A stretch of DNA of 64,000 nucleotides from a virus. Below, piece by piece: positions 41,633 through 50,948 of this stretch. The position numbers and the translations under genes were made by a program. The stretch's first letter is position 1, and each line of letters opens with the position of its first letter. A model generated the notes under the pieces. The model saw only the letters and a list, made by a program, of their open reading frames with translations. It searched no databases and was not told the DNA's origin. The stretch spans positions 64,001 through 128,000 of IMG/VR virus record IMGVR_UViG_3300027782_003601; one strand, written 5' to 3'.

Positions 41633-42259
41633 ATGACAAAGATATTTTCATTCGCAAACATTTTAATAGTTGGTTTAATTGCATTTATTGTATTTAAACA
41701 ATGTAGTAGTGAGGATAAAGAAATTAAAACTATTAATGTTGATGGTAAAAAATATGAATTACTAAAACATAAAATAGATACATTTGTCGTTGAACATACA
41801 CAAATAAAATACAGAAAAGGAAAAGATATTCCTTATGAAGTAATTGTAGAAAAAGAAAAAAAAGTAGAAGTACCTGTTTATATAAAAGCCGATACTGAAA
41901 GAATATTAAAAGATTACCATGCAAAAGTTTTGTATAAAGATAAATTAGTATTAGATAATGAGTTGGGGACAATTGAAATAACTGATACTATATCTATGAA
42001 TAAAATTATTGGTAGAAAGTGGAATGCTCAAATGAGAGAAAGAACTGTTACTGATACTAAAATTGTAAAAGAACTTCCAAAAAATCAAGTTTATATTGGG
42101 GCACAGGGTGTGATAGGTAATTCTATTGTAATGGTTGGACCTCAAATAACTTTAAAAACCAAAAAAGATAATCTATATGGTGTAAATTTGTTTTTAGATG
42201 CAAACGGAAACAAATACTACGGAGCATCTATTGGTTGGAAGATTAGATTGAAAAAATAA
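41633..42259 (+). CDS. membrane-anchored protein (possible lysis accessory/spanin)
   Basis: N-terminal hydrophobic helix ending KQC; amphipathic beta-strand C-terminus. Confidence 0.45.
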   Translation: MTKIFSFANILIVGLIAFIVFKQCSSEDKEIKTINVDGKKYELLKHKIDTFVVEHTQIKYRKGKDIPYEVIVEKEKKVEVPVYIKADTERILKDYHAKVLYKDKLVLDNELGTIEITDTISMNKIIGRKWNAQMRERTVTDTKIVKELPKNQVYIGAQGVIGNSIVMVGPQITLKTKKDNLYGVNLFLDANGNKYYGASIGWKIRLKK

Positions 42260-42260
42260 T

Positions 42261-43115
42261 ATGGCAGTTCAAGGGCAACCTAAAAAATCTCTTAAAGAGA
42301 TAATTGCAGAAGAATATCGTAAATGTGGATTAGACCCAATTTACTTTATGAAAAAATATTGTGTTATCCAACACCCAACAAGAGGTAAAATACCTTTCCA
42401 CCTATATCCGTTTCAGGAAAATTGTTTAACAGACTTTAAAGAAAATCGTTTCAACATTATTCTTAAATCCCGTCAATTGGGTTTATCAACCCTTTCTGCG
42501 GGTTTTATTTTGTGGAAAATGTTGTTTAACGAAGATTTCAATGCATTGGTTATTGCAACTAAAGTAACAGTAGCAAAAAACTTAGTAGAGAAAGTAAGAG
42601 TAATGCACGATTTACTACCCGTATGGTTAAGAGATGGTGGGAACTCTTCGGTTGAAGATAACAAACTATCACTTAAACTAAAGAACGGTTCTCAGGTTAA
42701 AGCAATTGCATCCTCACCCGATGCAGGACGTTCGGAAGCCCTATCCCTATTAGTAGTGGATGAGGCAGCATTCATTAGAGATATTGATGAAATTTGGTTA
42801 TCCGCACAATCAACTCTATCAACGGGTGGTAGTGCAATTGTATTATCAACTCCAAATGGTGTGGGTAACTGGTTTCACAAAATGTGGGTAGAAGGGGAAA
42901 GTGGTGCAAATGGATTTAATCCTATAAATCTCCATTGGACAGTTCATCCAGAAAGAAATCAAAATTGGAGAGATGAACAAACTCGTATTTTGGGAGCAAA
43001 AGGAGCAGCACAAGAATGTGATTGTTTGTGGGGTGAATCCAAAGTTCAAGTTAAAAACCTAGAAACGATGGAAATAGACCATTATACTTTGGAACAATTG
43101 TATGATATTTTATAA
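42261..43115 (+). CDS. terL: terminase large subunit N-half (ATPase) plus 30-aa IntN
   Basis: LKSRQLGLST Walker A, LLVVDEAAF Walker B, STPNG; ends QECD|CLWGES... Confidence 0.92.
   Translation: MAVQGQPKKSLKEIIAEEYRKCGLDPIYFMKKYCVIQHPTRGKIPFHLYPFQENCLTDFKENRFNIILKSRQLGLSTLSAGFILWKMLFNEDFNALVIATKVTVAKNLVEKVRVMHDLLPVWLRDGGNSSVEDNKLSLKLKNGSQVKAIASSPDAGRSEALSLLVVDEAAFIRDIDEIWLSAQSTLSTGGSAIVLSTPNGVGNWFHKMWVEGESGANGFNPINLHWTVHPERNQNWRDEQTRILGAKGAAQECDCLWGESKVQVKNLETMEIDHYTLEQLYDIL
43023..43112 (+). mobile_element. atypically short split intein N-fragment (30 aa)
   Basis: CLWGESKVQV block A followed by TLEQLYDIL*. Confidence 0.85.
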
Positions 43116-43131
43116 TTTATATATTTATACG

Positions 43132-43147
43132 CAAGAATGCGATTGTG
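43132..43147 (+). promoter_or_regulatory. copy of intein-less terL insertion site (candidate operator)
   Basis: CAAGAATGCGATTGTG versus rejoined exons CAAGAATGTGATTGTG (15/16); 2 nt downstream of ATATTTATA 43121-43129. Confidence 0.6.
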
Positions 43148-43888
43148 GAAAATATGAACTATGTAACAGAAGGCTGGCAAAAAATAAAAAAATCAATAGA
43201 AATTATTGATAAAATTTATTCATTTGATGAAACTAAAACTTTATTATTAAATGAGTATTATTATGAAAATTATTTTGGAAAAGCTAAAAATAGAACTTTA
43301 ATAAACGATAATCCAAAACTATATAAATCAATATATTATCATAGTAGTATTTTAGAAGATACTATGAAAAATCACAACAGATATAAGGGATGGTATAATT
43401 TTAAATTTAGATTAAAATTTATAGCTGAAATTGATGGTAATATAAATAAATTAAAATGCAATTGTGGAAAAACATATACATGGAATGTTTATTGTAGAAG
43501 TTGTCCTGAATATCACAAAACTTGGTTAGGTAAGAATCATACCGATGATACTAAAAAACTAATGAGAGTATCCACAATTAAGTATTTAGATAAAACTAAT
43601 GGACAACTAGCACCGAGATATAATATAAATTCAATACCAATAATAGAGGAATACGGAAAAATCAATGGATATAATTTTCAGCATGCAGAAAATGGTGGTG
43701 AATACCATATCAAAGAATTGGGTTATTTTTTAGATGGATATGATGTTGAAAAAAATGTAGTTATTGAAATAGATGAAAGGCATCATTTTGATTCAAATGG
43801 TAAATTGAAAAAAAAAGATATAAAAAGAGAGCAGGAAATAACCAAATTATTAAAATGTGATTTTATACGGATAAAATATGAAAACTGA
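43145..43888 (+). CDS. free-standing Vsr-like homing endonuclease 2 (start may be ATG 43154)
   Basis: Lies between intein halves; CNCG..CRSC, NUMOD3-like GKNHTDDTKKLM, nuclease domain like endonuclease 1. Confidence 0.8.
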   Translation: MENMNYVTEGWQKIKKSIEIIDKIYSFDETKTLLLNEYYYENYFGKAKNRTLINDNPKLYKSIYYHSSILEDTMKNHNRYKGWYNFKFRLKFIAEIDGNINKLKCNCGKTYTWNVYCRSCPEYHKTWLGKNHTDDTKKLMRVSTIKYLDKTNGQLAPRYNINSIPIIEEYGKINGYNFQHAENGGEYHIKELGYFLDGYDVEKNVVIEIDERHHFDSNGKLKKKDIKREQEITKLLKCDFIRIKYEN

Positions 43889-44222
43889 TTATATATTAAA
43901 ACTTAATACTAAATACGAAATAATGACTCCAAATGGTTATAAATCATTTGGTGGTATTCGTAAATTAATAAAAAGTGATTATTATGAAATACACTTATCA
44001 AACGGATATAAATTAAAATGTTCTATAAACCATAAATTTATAAAAGATGGCGTTGAAATAGTAATCAATGATATAAATGTTGGTGATTATATTGATGGTG
44101 ATGATAATAAAAAAGTTGTCATACAAATTAAGGAATATAAAACAAAAGATATTACATTATTTGATATTGTAGAAGTAGATGGTGGTAATATATTTAATGT
44201 TGATGGTGTAGTTTCTCATAAT
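43878..44222 (+). mobile_element. long split intein C-fragment carrying blocks B, F and G
   Basis: TPNGY..F.G, CSINHKF (block B), LFDIVEV, VSHN, +1 Cys. Confidence 0.88.
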
Positions 44223-45068
44223 TGTGATTTTGTTGGTTCTGGAGATACCGTAATAGACCCGGAATTATTAACTTGGTATAAGAACACATATGTAATGGAA
44301 CCTGTTGAAAAAGCAGGGTTTGATAGAAACCTATGGAAATGGGAATATCCAAATTACAACAAACAATATATGGTTATAGCTGACGTTGCAAGAGGAGATG
44401 CAGCCGATTATTCTACTGCACAAGTTTTAGATATTGAAGATTGTTCGCAAGTTGCCGAATATAGAGGAATGATTGATACCAAAGATTTTGGAAACTTTCT
44501 TACTGCATTAGCAACCGAATATAATAATGCACTTTTAGTAGTGGAAAATTCAAACGTAGGTTGGGCATGTATTCAACAAGTAATAGATAGAGGATATCAA
44601 AATTTATTTTATATGAGTAATGATTTAAAATATATTGATGTTGAAAGACAAATGAGTAATAGGTTTTACAGAGATGAAAGGCAAATGGTTGCAGGATTTT
44701 CAACAACAACAAAAACACGTCCTCTTATTATTTCAGCATTAGACACTTATATGAGTGAGAAAGATATTCTTATTCGTAGTGGTAGATTAATAGATGAAAT
44801 GTTTACATTTATTTGGCAAAATGGTAGAGCAGAAGCAATGAAGGGATATAATGATGACTTAATTATGGCATTAGCAATTGGATTATGGGTTCGTAATACT
44901 GCACTTCGTTTAAGACAAGAAGGAATAGATTTAACCAAAAATATGTTAAATTCTGCACACGTTGCTAAATATAGTGGAATGATTACAACAGGTCATTTAA
45001 ATAGTAATCCATATGAAATGGAAGTGGGTAACAAAGAAATAGAAAATTTAACTTGGTTACTTCGTTAA
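43878..45068 (+). CDS. terL: IntC (115 aa) plus terminase large subunit C-half (RNase H-like nuclease)
   Basis: IntC ends VSHN|CDF; IADVARG..DYS, VVENS, GYNDDLIMA nuclease motifs. Confidence 0.9.
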   Translation: MKTDYILKLNTKYEIMTPNGYKSFGGIRKLIKSDYYEIHLSNGYKLKCSINHKFIKDGVEIVINDINVGDYIDGDDNKKVVIQIKEYKTKDITLFDIVEVDGGNIFNVDGVVSHNCDFVGSGDTVIDPELLTWYKNTYVMEPVEKAGFDRNLWKWEYPNYNKQYMVIADVARGDAADYSTAQVLDIEDCSQVAEYRGMIDTKDFGNFLTALATEYNNALLVVENSNVGWACIQQVIDRGYQNLFYMSNDLKYIDVERQMSNRFYRDERQMVAGFSTTTKTRPLIISALDTYMSEKDILIRSGRLIDEMFTFIWQNGRAEAMKGYNDDLIMALAIGLWVRNTALRLRQEGIDLTKNMLNSAHVAKYSGMITTGHLNSNPYEMEVGNKEIENLTWLLR

Positions 45069-45101
45069 TTTTTTTATATTTATATGTTGAAACTATTATA
45101 G

Positions 45102-46268
45102 ATGACAGAAGATTTAGATAAATGGTTTAAAGAAAAATGGGTAAACATCGGCAAAAAAGTTGATGGAAAACATCCACCATGCGGAACTTCTGGTGAAAAA
45201 AGTGGATACGCAAAATGTGTACCCGCTGCAAAAGCTGCCGGAATGAGTAAAAAAGAAAAAGAAAGTGCAACTCGTAGAAAAAGAGCAGCACAAAACGATG
45301 CAGGAAGAGGTGGTAAGGATAGTAAGGGACAAGGTAAAGCACCAATAAATGTTTCTACTAAACCAAAAAACGAAGAGTGGAGTGATAAATATAAAAAGAG
45401 TATAGATTGCAATAATCCAAAAGGTTTCTCTCAAAAAGCACATTGTGCAGGAAAGAAAAAAAATGAAACCATAAGTATAGAAGAAAAGTTAAATTTATTT
45501 TTAGAAAAAAATTGCCCAACAGACCCTGGTAAATGGTCTGCATCTAAATCGGCAGCAAAATCTAAATTTGATGTTTATCCATCAGCATATGCAAATGGAT
45601 GGGCAGCTAAAAACTACAAAGCAAAAGGTGGTGGCTGGAAAACTTGTAATGAGGGTGTAGAATTAAATGAAACATGTTGGGATGGATATAAACAAGTTGG
45701 AATGAAAGACAAAGATGGTAGACAAGTTCCTAATTGTGTTCCTATAAGTGAAGCAGAAAGTGCTGCACAACAAGCTGCTATTGCCATTAATATGAAGAAA
45801 AAAGGTATTAAACCTAAAAACGAAGAAGCACCAATGAATCCTGCTACAAATCAACCTGGTGGATATTGGGGAGATGAAGCAACTGAAGATATTAATTCAG
45901 ATGATGATGTAAACTATGGTTTAGTTGAACCGGAAGAATATGATGTAGAGGATGAAGATATGGCAGATTTCATTGCTTTTATGAGAGGATATGATAAAAA
46001 CCTAAATGAAGGATGTCAATGTTTAAGAGAAGCTGAATATCAGGGTAGAGAAGTTCAATTGGGTAAACCAATGCAAGGTGATGTTAAGAAATTTAAAGTA
46101 TATGTTAAAAATCCAGCAGGTAATGTTGTTAAAGTAAACTTTGGTCAAAAAGGAATGTCTATTAAAAAGAATAATCCAGATAGAAGAAGAAGTTTTAGAG
46201 CAAGAATGAATTGTGATAGTCCAGGACCTAGAGATAAAGCAAGATATTGGAGTTGTAGAGCTTGGTAA
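45102..46268 (+). CDS. modular basic head-associated protein (string of short modules)
   Basis: Modules such as WFKEKWV, WSDKYKKSIDC, YPSAYAN, CWDGYKQVG, AEYQGREV separated by xNE/xxE sites. Confidence 0.6.
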   Translation: MTEDLDKWFKEKWVNIGKKVDGKHPPCGTSGEKSGYAKCVPAAKAAGMSKKEKESATRRKRAAQNDAGRGGKDSKGQGKAPINVSTKPKNEEWSDKYKKSIDCNNPKGFSQKAHCAGKKKNETISIEEKLNLFLEKNCPTDPGKWSASKSAAKSKFDVYPSAYANGWAAKNYKAKGGGWKTCNEGVELNETCWDGYKQVGMKDKDGRQVPNCVPISEAESAAQQAAIAINMKKKGIKPKNEEAPMNPATNQPGGYWGDEATEDINSDDDVNYGLVEPEEYDVEDEDMADFIAFMRGYDKNLNEGCQCLREAEYQGREVQLGKPMQGDVKKFKVYVKNPAGNVVKVNFGQKGMSIKKNNPDRRRSFRARMNCDSPGPRDKARYWSCRAW

Positions 46269-46272
46269 AAAG

Positions 46273-46304
46273 CTTGGAAATTAAAAAAAAATTTATTATC
46301 TTTA
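46273..46304 (+). promoter_or_regulatory. variant Bacteroidota-type promoter upstream of portal
   Basis: CTTG-N20-TATCTTTA; shares TTGGAAATT with the primase promoter. Confidence 0.4.
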
Positions 46305-46325
46305 TAGATACTTTACAAATTAAAA

Positions 46326-48077
46326 ATGGCAGATAAATCAGTATTAGGCAGGTTACAGAAATTATTTTCAACAAACACCATTGTTCGTAAAACGGAGAAA
46401 GGATTAAAGGTCATTGACACTGATGAGTGGCAAAATATGACCACAAATCTTGTTGACCGATTTATGAAGTTAAAAGTAACTAACTATGGAACAGGTCAGA
46501 TGGAATCATCTATGGCATACCAACAAGTTCGTATAGATTTATTTAGAGATTACGATTCAATGGATATGGACCCGATTTTATCATCGGCATTAGATATTTA
46601 CGCAGATGAATGTACTGCAAAAAATGAGCAAGGTAATGTCCTAAAGATACATCACGAAGATGATAATATCAAACAAATATTAGAAAATCTTTTTTATGAT
46701 ATTTTAAATATTGAATTTAATCTTTGGCCTTGGACTAGAAATTTAGTTAAATACGGAGATTTCTTTTTACAATTAGAAATAGCAGACGAAGAAGGTATTG
46801 GTATTGTAAATGTAATGCCATTATCTCCATACGAAGTAAGTAGAATTGAAGGGTTTGACCCGGCAAATCCACAAAGAGTAAAGTTTGCATATGCTCCATA
46901 TCAAAACCCATTGGGTGCATATGGTATGAGTCCAAAAAAAGAATTTGAAAATTACGAAATGGCACATTTACGTTTAAACTCAGATTCAAACTTTTTGCCA
47001 TATGGTAAATCTATAATTGAGGGAGGAAGGAGAGTGTGGAAACAATTAATGTTGATGGAAGATGCAATGTTAATTCACAGAGTAATGAGAGCACCTGAAA
47101 AAAGAATCTTTAAAATTGATGTAGGTAATATTCCACCAAACGAAGTGGATAATTATATGCAAAAGATTATAAATTCATCAAAGAAAGTTCCTTTTGTTGA
47201 TGAAAGAACAGGTGAATACAATTTAAAGTATAATGTTCAAAACCTTATTGAAGATTATTATATGCCAGTTCGTGGTAATGATAATGGTACATCTATTGAT
47301 ACTTTAAAAGGTTTAGAGTATAATATGATTGATGACATCAATTATTTAAAAAATAAAATGATGGCATCACTAAAAATTCCAAAAGCATATTTAGGATACG
47401 AAGAAGATACTAATGGTAAAGCAACATTAGCATCTATGGATATTCGTTTTGCTAAAACAATTGAAAGAGTTCAGAGAGTATTAATTTCAGAATTAACAAA
47501 AATTGCAATCGTTCATTTATATGCACAAGGTATTAATGATGACCGTTTGACTAATTTTACATTAGAATTAACTACTCCATCTAAAATATACGAACAAGAA
47601 CAAGTTGAATTATATACTTCAAAGGTAGCGTTAATTCAACAAATGCAACAAACAAAAATGTTCTCCAAAGAATGGATGTATGAATCTGTTATGAAGATGG
47701 CTAAAGATGAGCAAGATGAATTAACATTGGGTGTATTAGAAGATACAAAACAAGCATTCCGTTTAACATCAATTGAAACTCAGGGAACAGACCCTGCTAA
47801 ACCAACTGGTGTAGAAGGAGAACCCACAAACGTTGAAGAAGAATTAGATAGATTAAAATCAGAATTATCTGCAAATGGTGTTGGAAGACCAAAAGACCCG
47901 GTTAGATATGGACATGATGACCATCCGGAAGGTAGAGACCCATTAGGAATTAAAACTCTTAAAACAAAAGAAGGTTCTGTAAAATACAAACCAAGAAACT
48001 CATATCAAGAAATATTTAAAGATATGGATGGTAATAAAAAAACTATTTTAACAGAAGATTTGGATAAAAAATCATAA
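46326..48077 (+). CDS. gp20: portal protein, T4 gp20-like
   Basis: LMLMEDAMLIHRVMRAPEKRIFKIDVGNIP, EDYYMP, DDINY. Confidence 0.95.
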   Translation: MADKSVLGRLQKLFSTNTIVRKTEKGLKVIDTDEWQNMTTNLVDRFMKLKVTNYGTGQMESSMAYQQVRIDLFRDYDSMDMDPILSSALDIYADECTAKNEQGNVLKIHHEDDNIKQILENLFYDILNIEFNLWPWTRNLVKYGDFFLQLEIADEEGIGIVNVMPLSPYEVSRIEGFDPANPQRVKFAYAPYQNPLGAYGMSPKKEFENYEMAHLRLNSDSNFLPYGKSIIEGGRRVWKQLMLMEDAMLIHRVMRAPEKRIFKIDVGNIPPNEVDNYMQKIINSSKKVPFVDERTGEYNLKYNVQNLIEDYYMPVRGNDNGTSIDTLKGLEYNMIDDINYLKNKMMASLKIPKAYLGYEEDTNGKATLASMDIRFAKTIERVQRVLISELTKIAIVHLYAQGINDDRLTNFTLELTTPSKIYEQEQVELYTSKVALIQQMQQTKMFSKEWMYESVMKMAKDEQDELTLGVLEDTKQAFRLTSIETQGTDPAKPTGVEGEPTNVEEELDRLKSELSANGVGRPKDPVRYGHDDHPEGRDPLGIKTLKTKEGSVKYKPRNSYQEIFKDMDGNKKTILTEDLDKKS

Positions 48078-48091
48078 AGTAATATAAAACT

Positions 48092-48100
48092 ATATTTATA
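48092..48100 (+). promoter_or_regulatory. representative ATATTTATA putative late promoter
   Basis: Same motif in intergenic gaps at 10347, 15297, 17279, 17321, 20745, 34409, 38989, 43121, 45076, 56217, 62954, 63312; ATATTTATT variants at 3701 and 26364. Confidence 0.65.
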
Positions 48101-48121
48101 TCTGACATATTACAAAAATTA

Positions 48122-48994
48122 ATGAAAAAAATTAAGCATTCAAAATTTAAAAATACTGGATTTATATTTGAACTATTAGTAAGACAAATTACTTCTGAAA
48201 TTATGTCCACTAATAATTCGGTAGCAGAGAAGATTTTAAAAGAAAATTTTAATTCAAAAAAAGAACTTTCAAAAGAATTAAAATTATATCAGTATCTTAT
48301 CAACGAAAAATATAATTCAGAATCTAAAGCAGAACAATTTATTAATACAATTTGCGAAGCAAGAAAAAGATTAGATGAAAAAAAACTTATAAAAGAAAAA
48401 TATAATCTAATTAAACAATTAAAAGAAACTTATAATATTGATGAGTTTATCAAATCATCGGTATCCAATTATAAAACTCTTGCTTCAATTTACAAAATAT
48501 TTGAAGTAGTTAGTACCGAAGAACAATACGACCCAACGGATATTGTTAGTTCCCGTTTTACTATTGCAGAAAACATTATCAATACATCTATTCAGAACAA
48601 AGATTCAAAAATCAAAAATGCAGTATTAGAAGAATACAGAAAGCAAGATGAAGATTTAAGAGCAATTTCATATAAATTTTTAGTAGAAAATTTTAACAAA
48701 AAATATAAAAATTTAACAAATGACCAAAAAAGTTTATTGAGAGAATATATTAATAATATCAATAATACTGGTAAATTAAATGCATATGTTTCTGATGAAG
48801 TTTCTAAATTGATTGGTGGATTAAAAGAAGTTGGTGCTAAAATTACAGATAAAGTAACTAAAATTAAATTAGCAGAAACTATTTCCAATATTAGAAAGAT
48901 TAAATCAGCAAAAAGAATTAAAGAAGAACATCTTTCAGCAATGATGATGATTTATGAATTATTAGGAGAATTAAAAAATAGTTTAAATAAATAA
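48122..48994 (+). CDS. hypothetical head-module protein
   Basis: 290 aa helical ORF with upstream ATATTTATA. Confidence 0.65.
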   Translation: MKKIKHSKFKNTGFIFELLVRQITSEIMSTNNSVAEKILKENFNSKKELSKELKLYQYLINEKYNSESKAEQFINTICEARKRLDEKKLIKEKYNLIKQLKETYNIDEFIKSSVSNYKTLASIYKIFEVVSTEEQYDPTDIVSSRFTIAENIINTSIQNKDSKIKNAVLEEYRKQDEDLRAISYKFLVENFNKKYKNLTNDQKSLLREYINNINNTGKLNAYVSDEVSKLIGGLKEVGAKITDKVTKIKLAETISNIRKIKSAKRIKEEHLSAMMMIYELLGELKNSLNK

Positions 48995-48996
48995 AA

Positions 48997-49266
48997 ATGG
49001 TAAATTATAGAATATTTAACGCAAAAGAATTTGTAGCAGCAGGTGCAGGAACATCTGGTTCTTTGGATAAAGCTTGGGGAGTAATGAGAGGTTCGGCAGT
49101 ATGTTCAGGTTCAATAACATTGGAGGGATTTGTAAATGCATCCGGTTCTAATCCAACTAGTAATCGTGCTACATTAAAATTAGAATCTTTAATTCAAGGA
49201 GAACCCATTCCATGTTATGTTAGAGATATTACAGTAACAGTAGGAACTGCTTATTTATTAGCATAA
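48997..49266 (+). CDS. small hypothetical structural protein
   Basis: 89 aa ORF with three SGS motifs. Confidence 0.6.
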   Translation: MVNYRIFNAKEFVAAGAGTSGSLDKAWGVMRGSAVCSGSITLEGFVNASGSNPTSNRATLKLESLIQGEPIPCYVRDITVTVGTAYLLA

Positions 49267-49278
49267 AATTATAAAGAT

Positions 49279-50388
49279 ATGCCATCAGTCAGTAAAGCAC
49301 AGCAAAAATTTATGGGAATGGTTCATGCTGCCCAACAGGGTGATATGGAAAATCCATCACCCGAAGTTCAAAAAGCAGCAGATTCAATGTCTGATAAAGA
49401 TGCCAAAGATTTTGCATCAACAAAACATAAAGGTTTACCTGACCATGTTAAAGAATTTATTATTAGAGAAGTTAGGGGTATTAAAACAATTAGTAAAGAG
49501 TATGGTGATATTGTAGACCAAATTCAAAAACATTTGGAATTATATAAACAAACAAAAGGAACTCCTGCTGAAAAACAACATATTCAACAATTAAAACAAC
49601 TTAATGATAAAAAGAAATCATTGGCAGCTGAATTAGACCAAAAAGTTAGTGGGATGTATAAAGATGCGGAATTAAAAGTTGATGAAATAAATGTTACTGG
49701 CAATATAGATGGATATAATACTCCATATGCATTTAGTGGTAAAGATGATGAAACATCTAAAGGAAAGAAACAAGCAGATTTAACTGGATATTCAGTAGTT
49801 AAAGAATCTTTAATCAAAGAAGATATAGATACTATGTACCTTGCTATGATTGTAATGGCACAAGCAGCAATACTAGGTGGTAATATTGGTATGTTAGCCG
49901 GTAAATACGTTGATAGTAAAGGTGTATTTCCAAATATTGATGATATAAAAAGATGGTGGAAAGATAGAAAAGATGATAAAGCAGTTAAATCAATCATAGC
50001 TAAAATAAAGAGTGACCCGGAAATGATTGCATTTTTCAAAATGTCTCAAACTCAACAAAGAGGGAAATTTAGAAAATTGGTTGCTACCAAACTATCTCCG
50101 GATGAAATTCAATATTTGAATAGAATTAACAAAAGTGATTTACAAGAAAATCGTTGGGTAGCATTACGACAAGAAGAATCAACTCCAACTCAAAAAATAG
50201 GAAGAGGGATTTCAAATATAAATAAACAACTTAAAGAAATGGAACAATTTCTAAGTTGGTACGGTAAAATTAAAAATGAAAACGGAGTTTCTAATAAAAA
50301 TTTCTGGAAAAGAACAAATTCTCATATTTATAATATAAAAGAGAGGTTGTTAAAATTAGACCAACAAATTCGTAAAATATCTGAATAA
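49279..50388 (+). CDS. modular head-associated protein (DUF3008-like N-terminus)
   Basis: MPSVSKAQQKFMG...KDFASTKHKGLP; modules joined at IRE/VDE/IKE/LQE. Confidence 0.55.
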   Translation: MPSVSKAQQKFMGMVHAAQQGDMENPSPEVQKAADSMSDKDAKDFASTKHKGLPDHVKEFIIREVRGIKTISKEYGDIVDQIQKHLELYKQTKGTPAEKQHIQQLKQLNDKKKSLAAELDQKVSGMYKDAELKVDEINVTGNIDGYNTPYAFSGKDDETSKGKKQADLTGYSVVKESLIKEDIDTMYLAMIVMAQAAILGGNIGMLAGKYVDSKGVFPNIDDIKRWWKDRKDDKAVKSIIAKIKSDPEMIAFFKMSQTQQRGKFRKLVATKLSPDEIQYLNRINKSDLQENRWVALRQEESTPTQKIGRGISNINKQLKEMEQFLSWYGKIKNENGVSNKNFWKRTNSHIYNIKERLLKLDQQIRKISE

Positions 50389-50948
50389 TGAAATTACACC
50401 AATTAAAAGAGCTTGTTAAGCAAGTTGTAAGAGAAGAGGAAGATTACCAACAACTGTTTAAACATATGTTGGATAAATCGGGTAAATCAATTCCATCTAT
50501 GTCCGATGATGAAAAAAAGAAATTCTTTAATGCAGTAGATACGGCATACAAAGCAAAATCGGAAGGTAGATTGCGAGGATATAACGAAGAACAACTTAAT
50601 GAAAAAAGTTTTAAAGCAAGTATTGGTAGACGTATTGTAGATGTGGGTGGTCAAAGTAAAGAACAATTTATTAAATATATGAAACATCGTGGATTAATTC
50701 AAGTTTTTAAAACAAAAGATTTGAAAAATTCAGATTATTTTTATGTATATGAATCTGCAAACGAAGGAACAAACGAAGAAGAAATTAAATGGAATGCAGT
50801 TGAAAACGCAATCATTAACTTTCTAAAAATGAATACAAAGATTTTAGATAAAAGAGTTAAAGATAGAGATACTGATGGTGTTAAAGGTGGTTTACAATCA
50901 ATAATTGATGGATTAACTAACGCACAACGTAGTTTAAAATTAAAGTAA
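50388..50948 (+). CDS. putative prohead core/internal protein
   Basis: LKELVKQVVREE N-terminus; immediately upstream of the protease. Confidence 0.5.
   Translation: MKLHQLKELVKQVVREEEDYQQLFKHMLDKSGKSIPSMSDDEKKKFFNAVDTAYKAKSEGRLRGYNEEQLNEKSFKASIGRRIVDVGGQSKEQFIKYMKHRGLIQVFKTKDLKNSDYFYVYESANEGTNEEEIKWNAVENAIINFLKMNTKILDKRVKDRDTDGVKGGLQSIIDGLTNAQRSLKLK

Noticed and set aside
38960-43880. Group I introns as the explanation for the interrupted genes
   Set aside because: Clear intein blocks flank both breaks, and the gaps of about 30-55 nt leave no room for a ribozyme core
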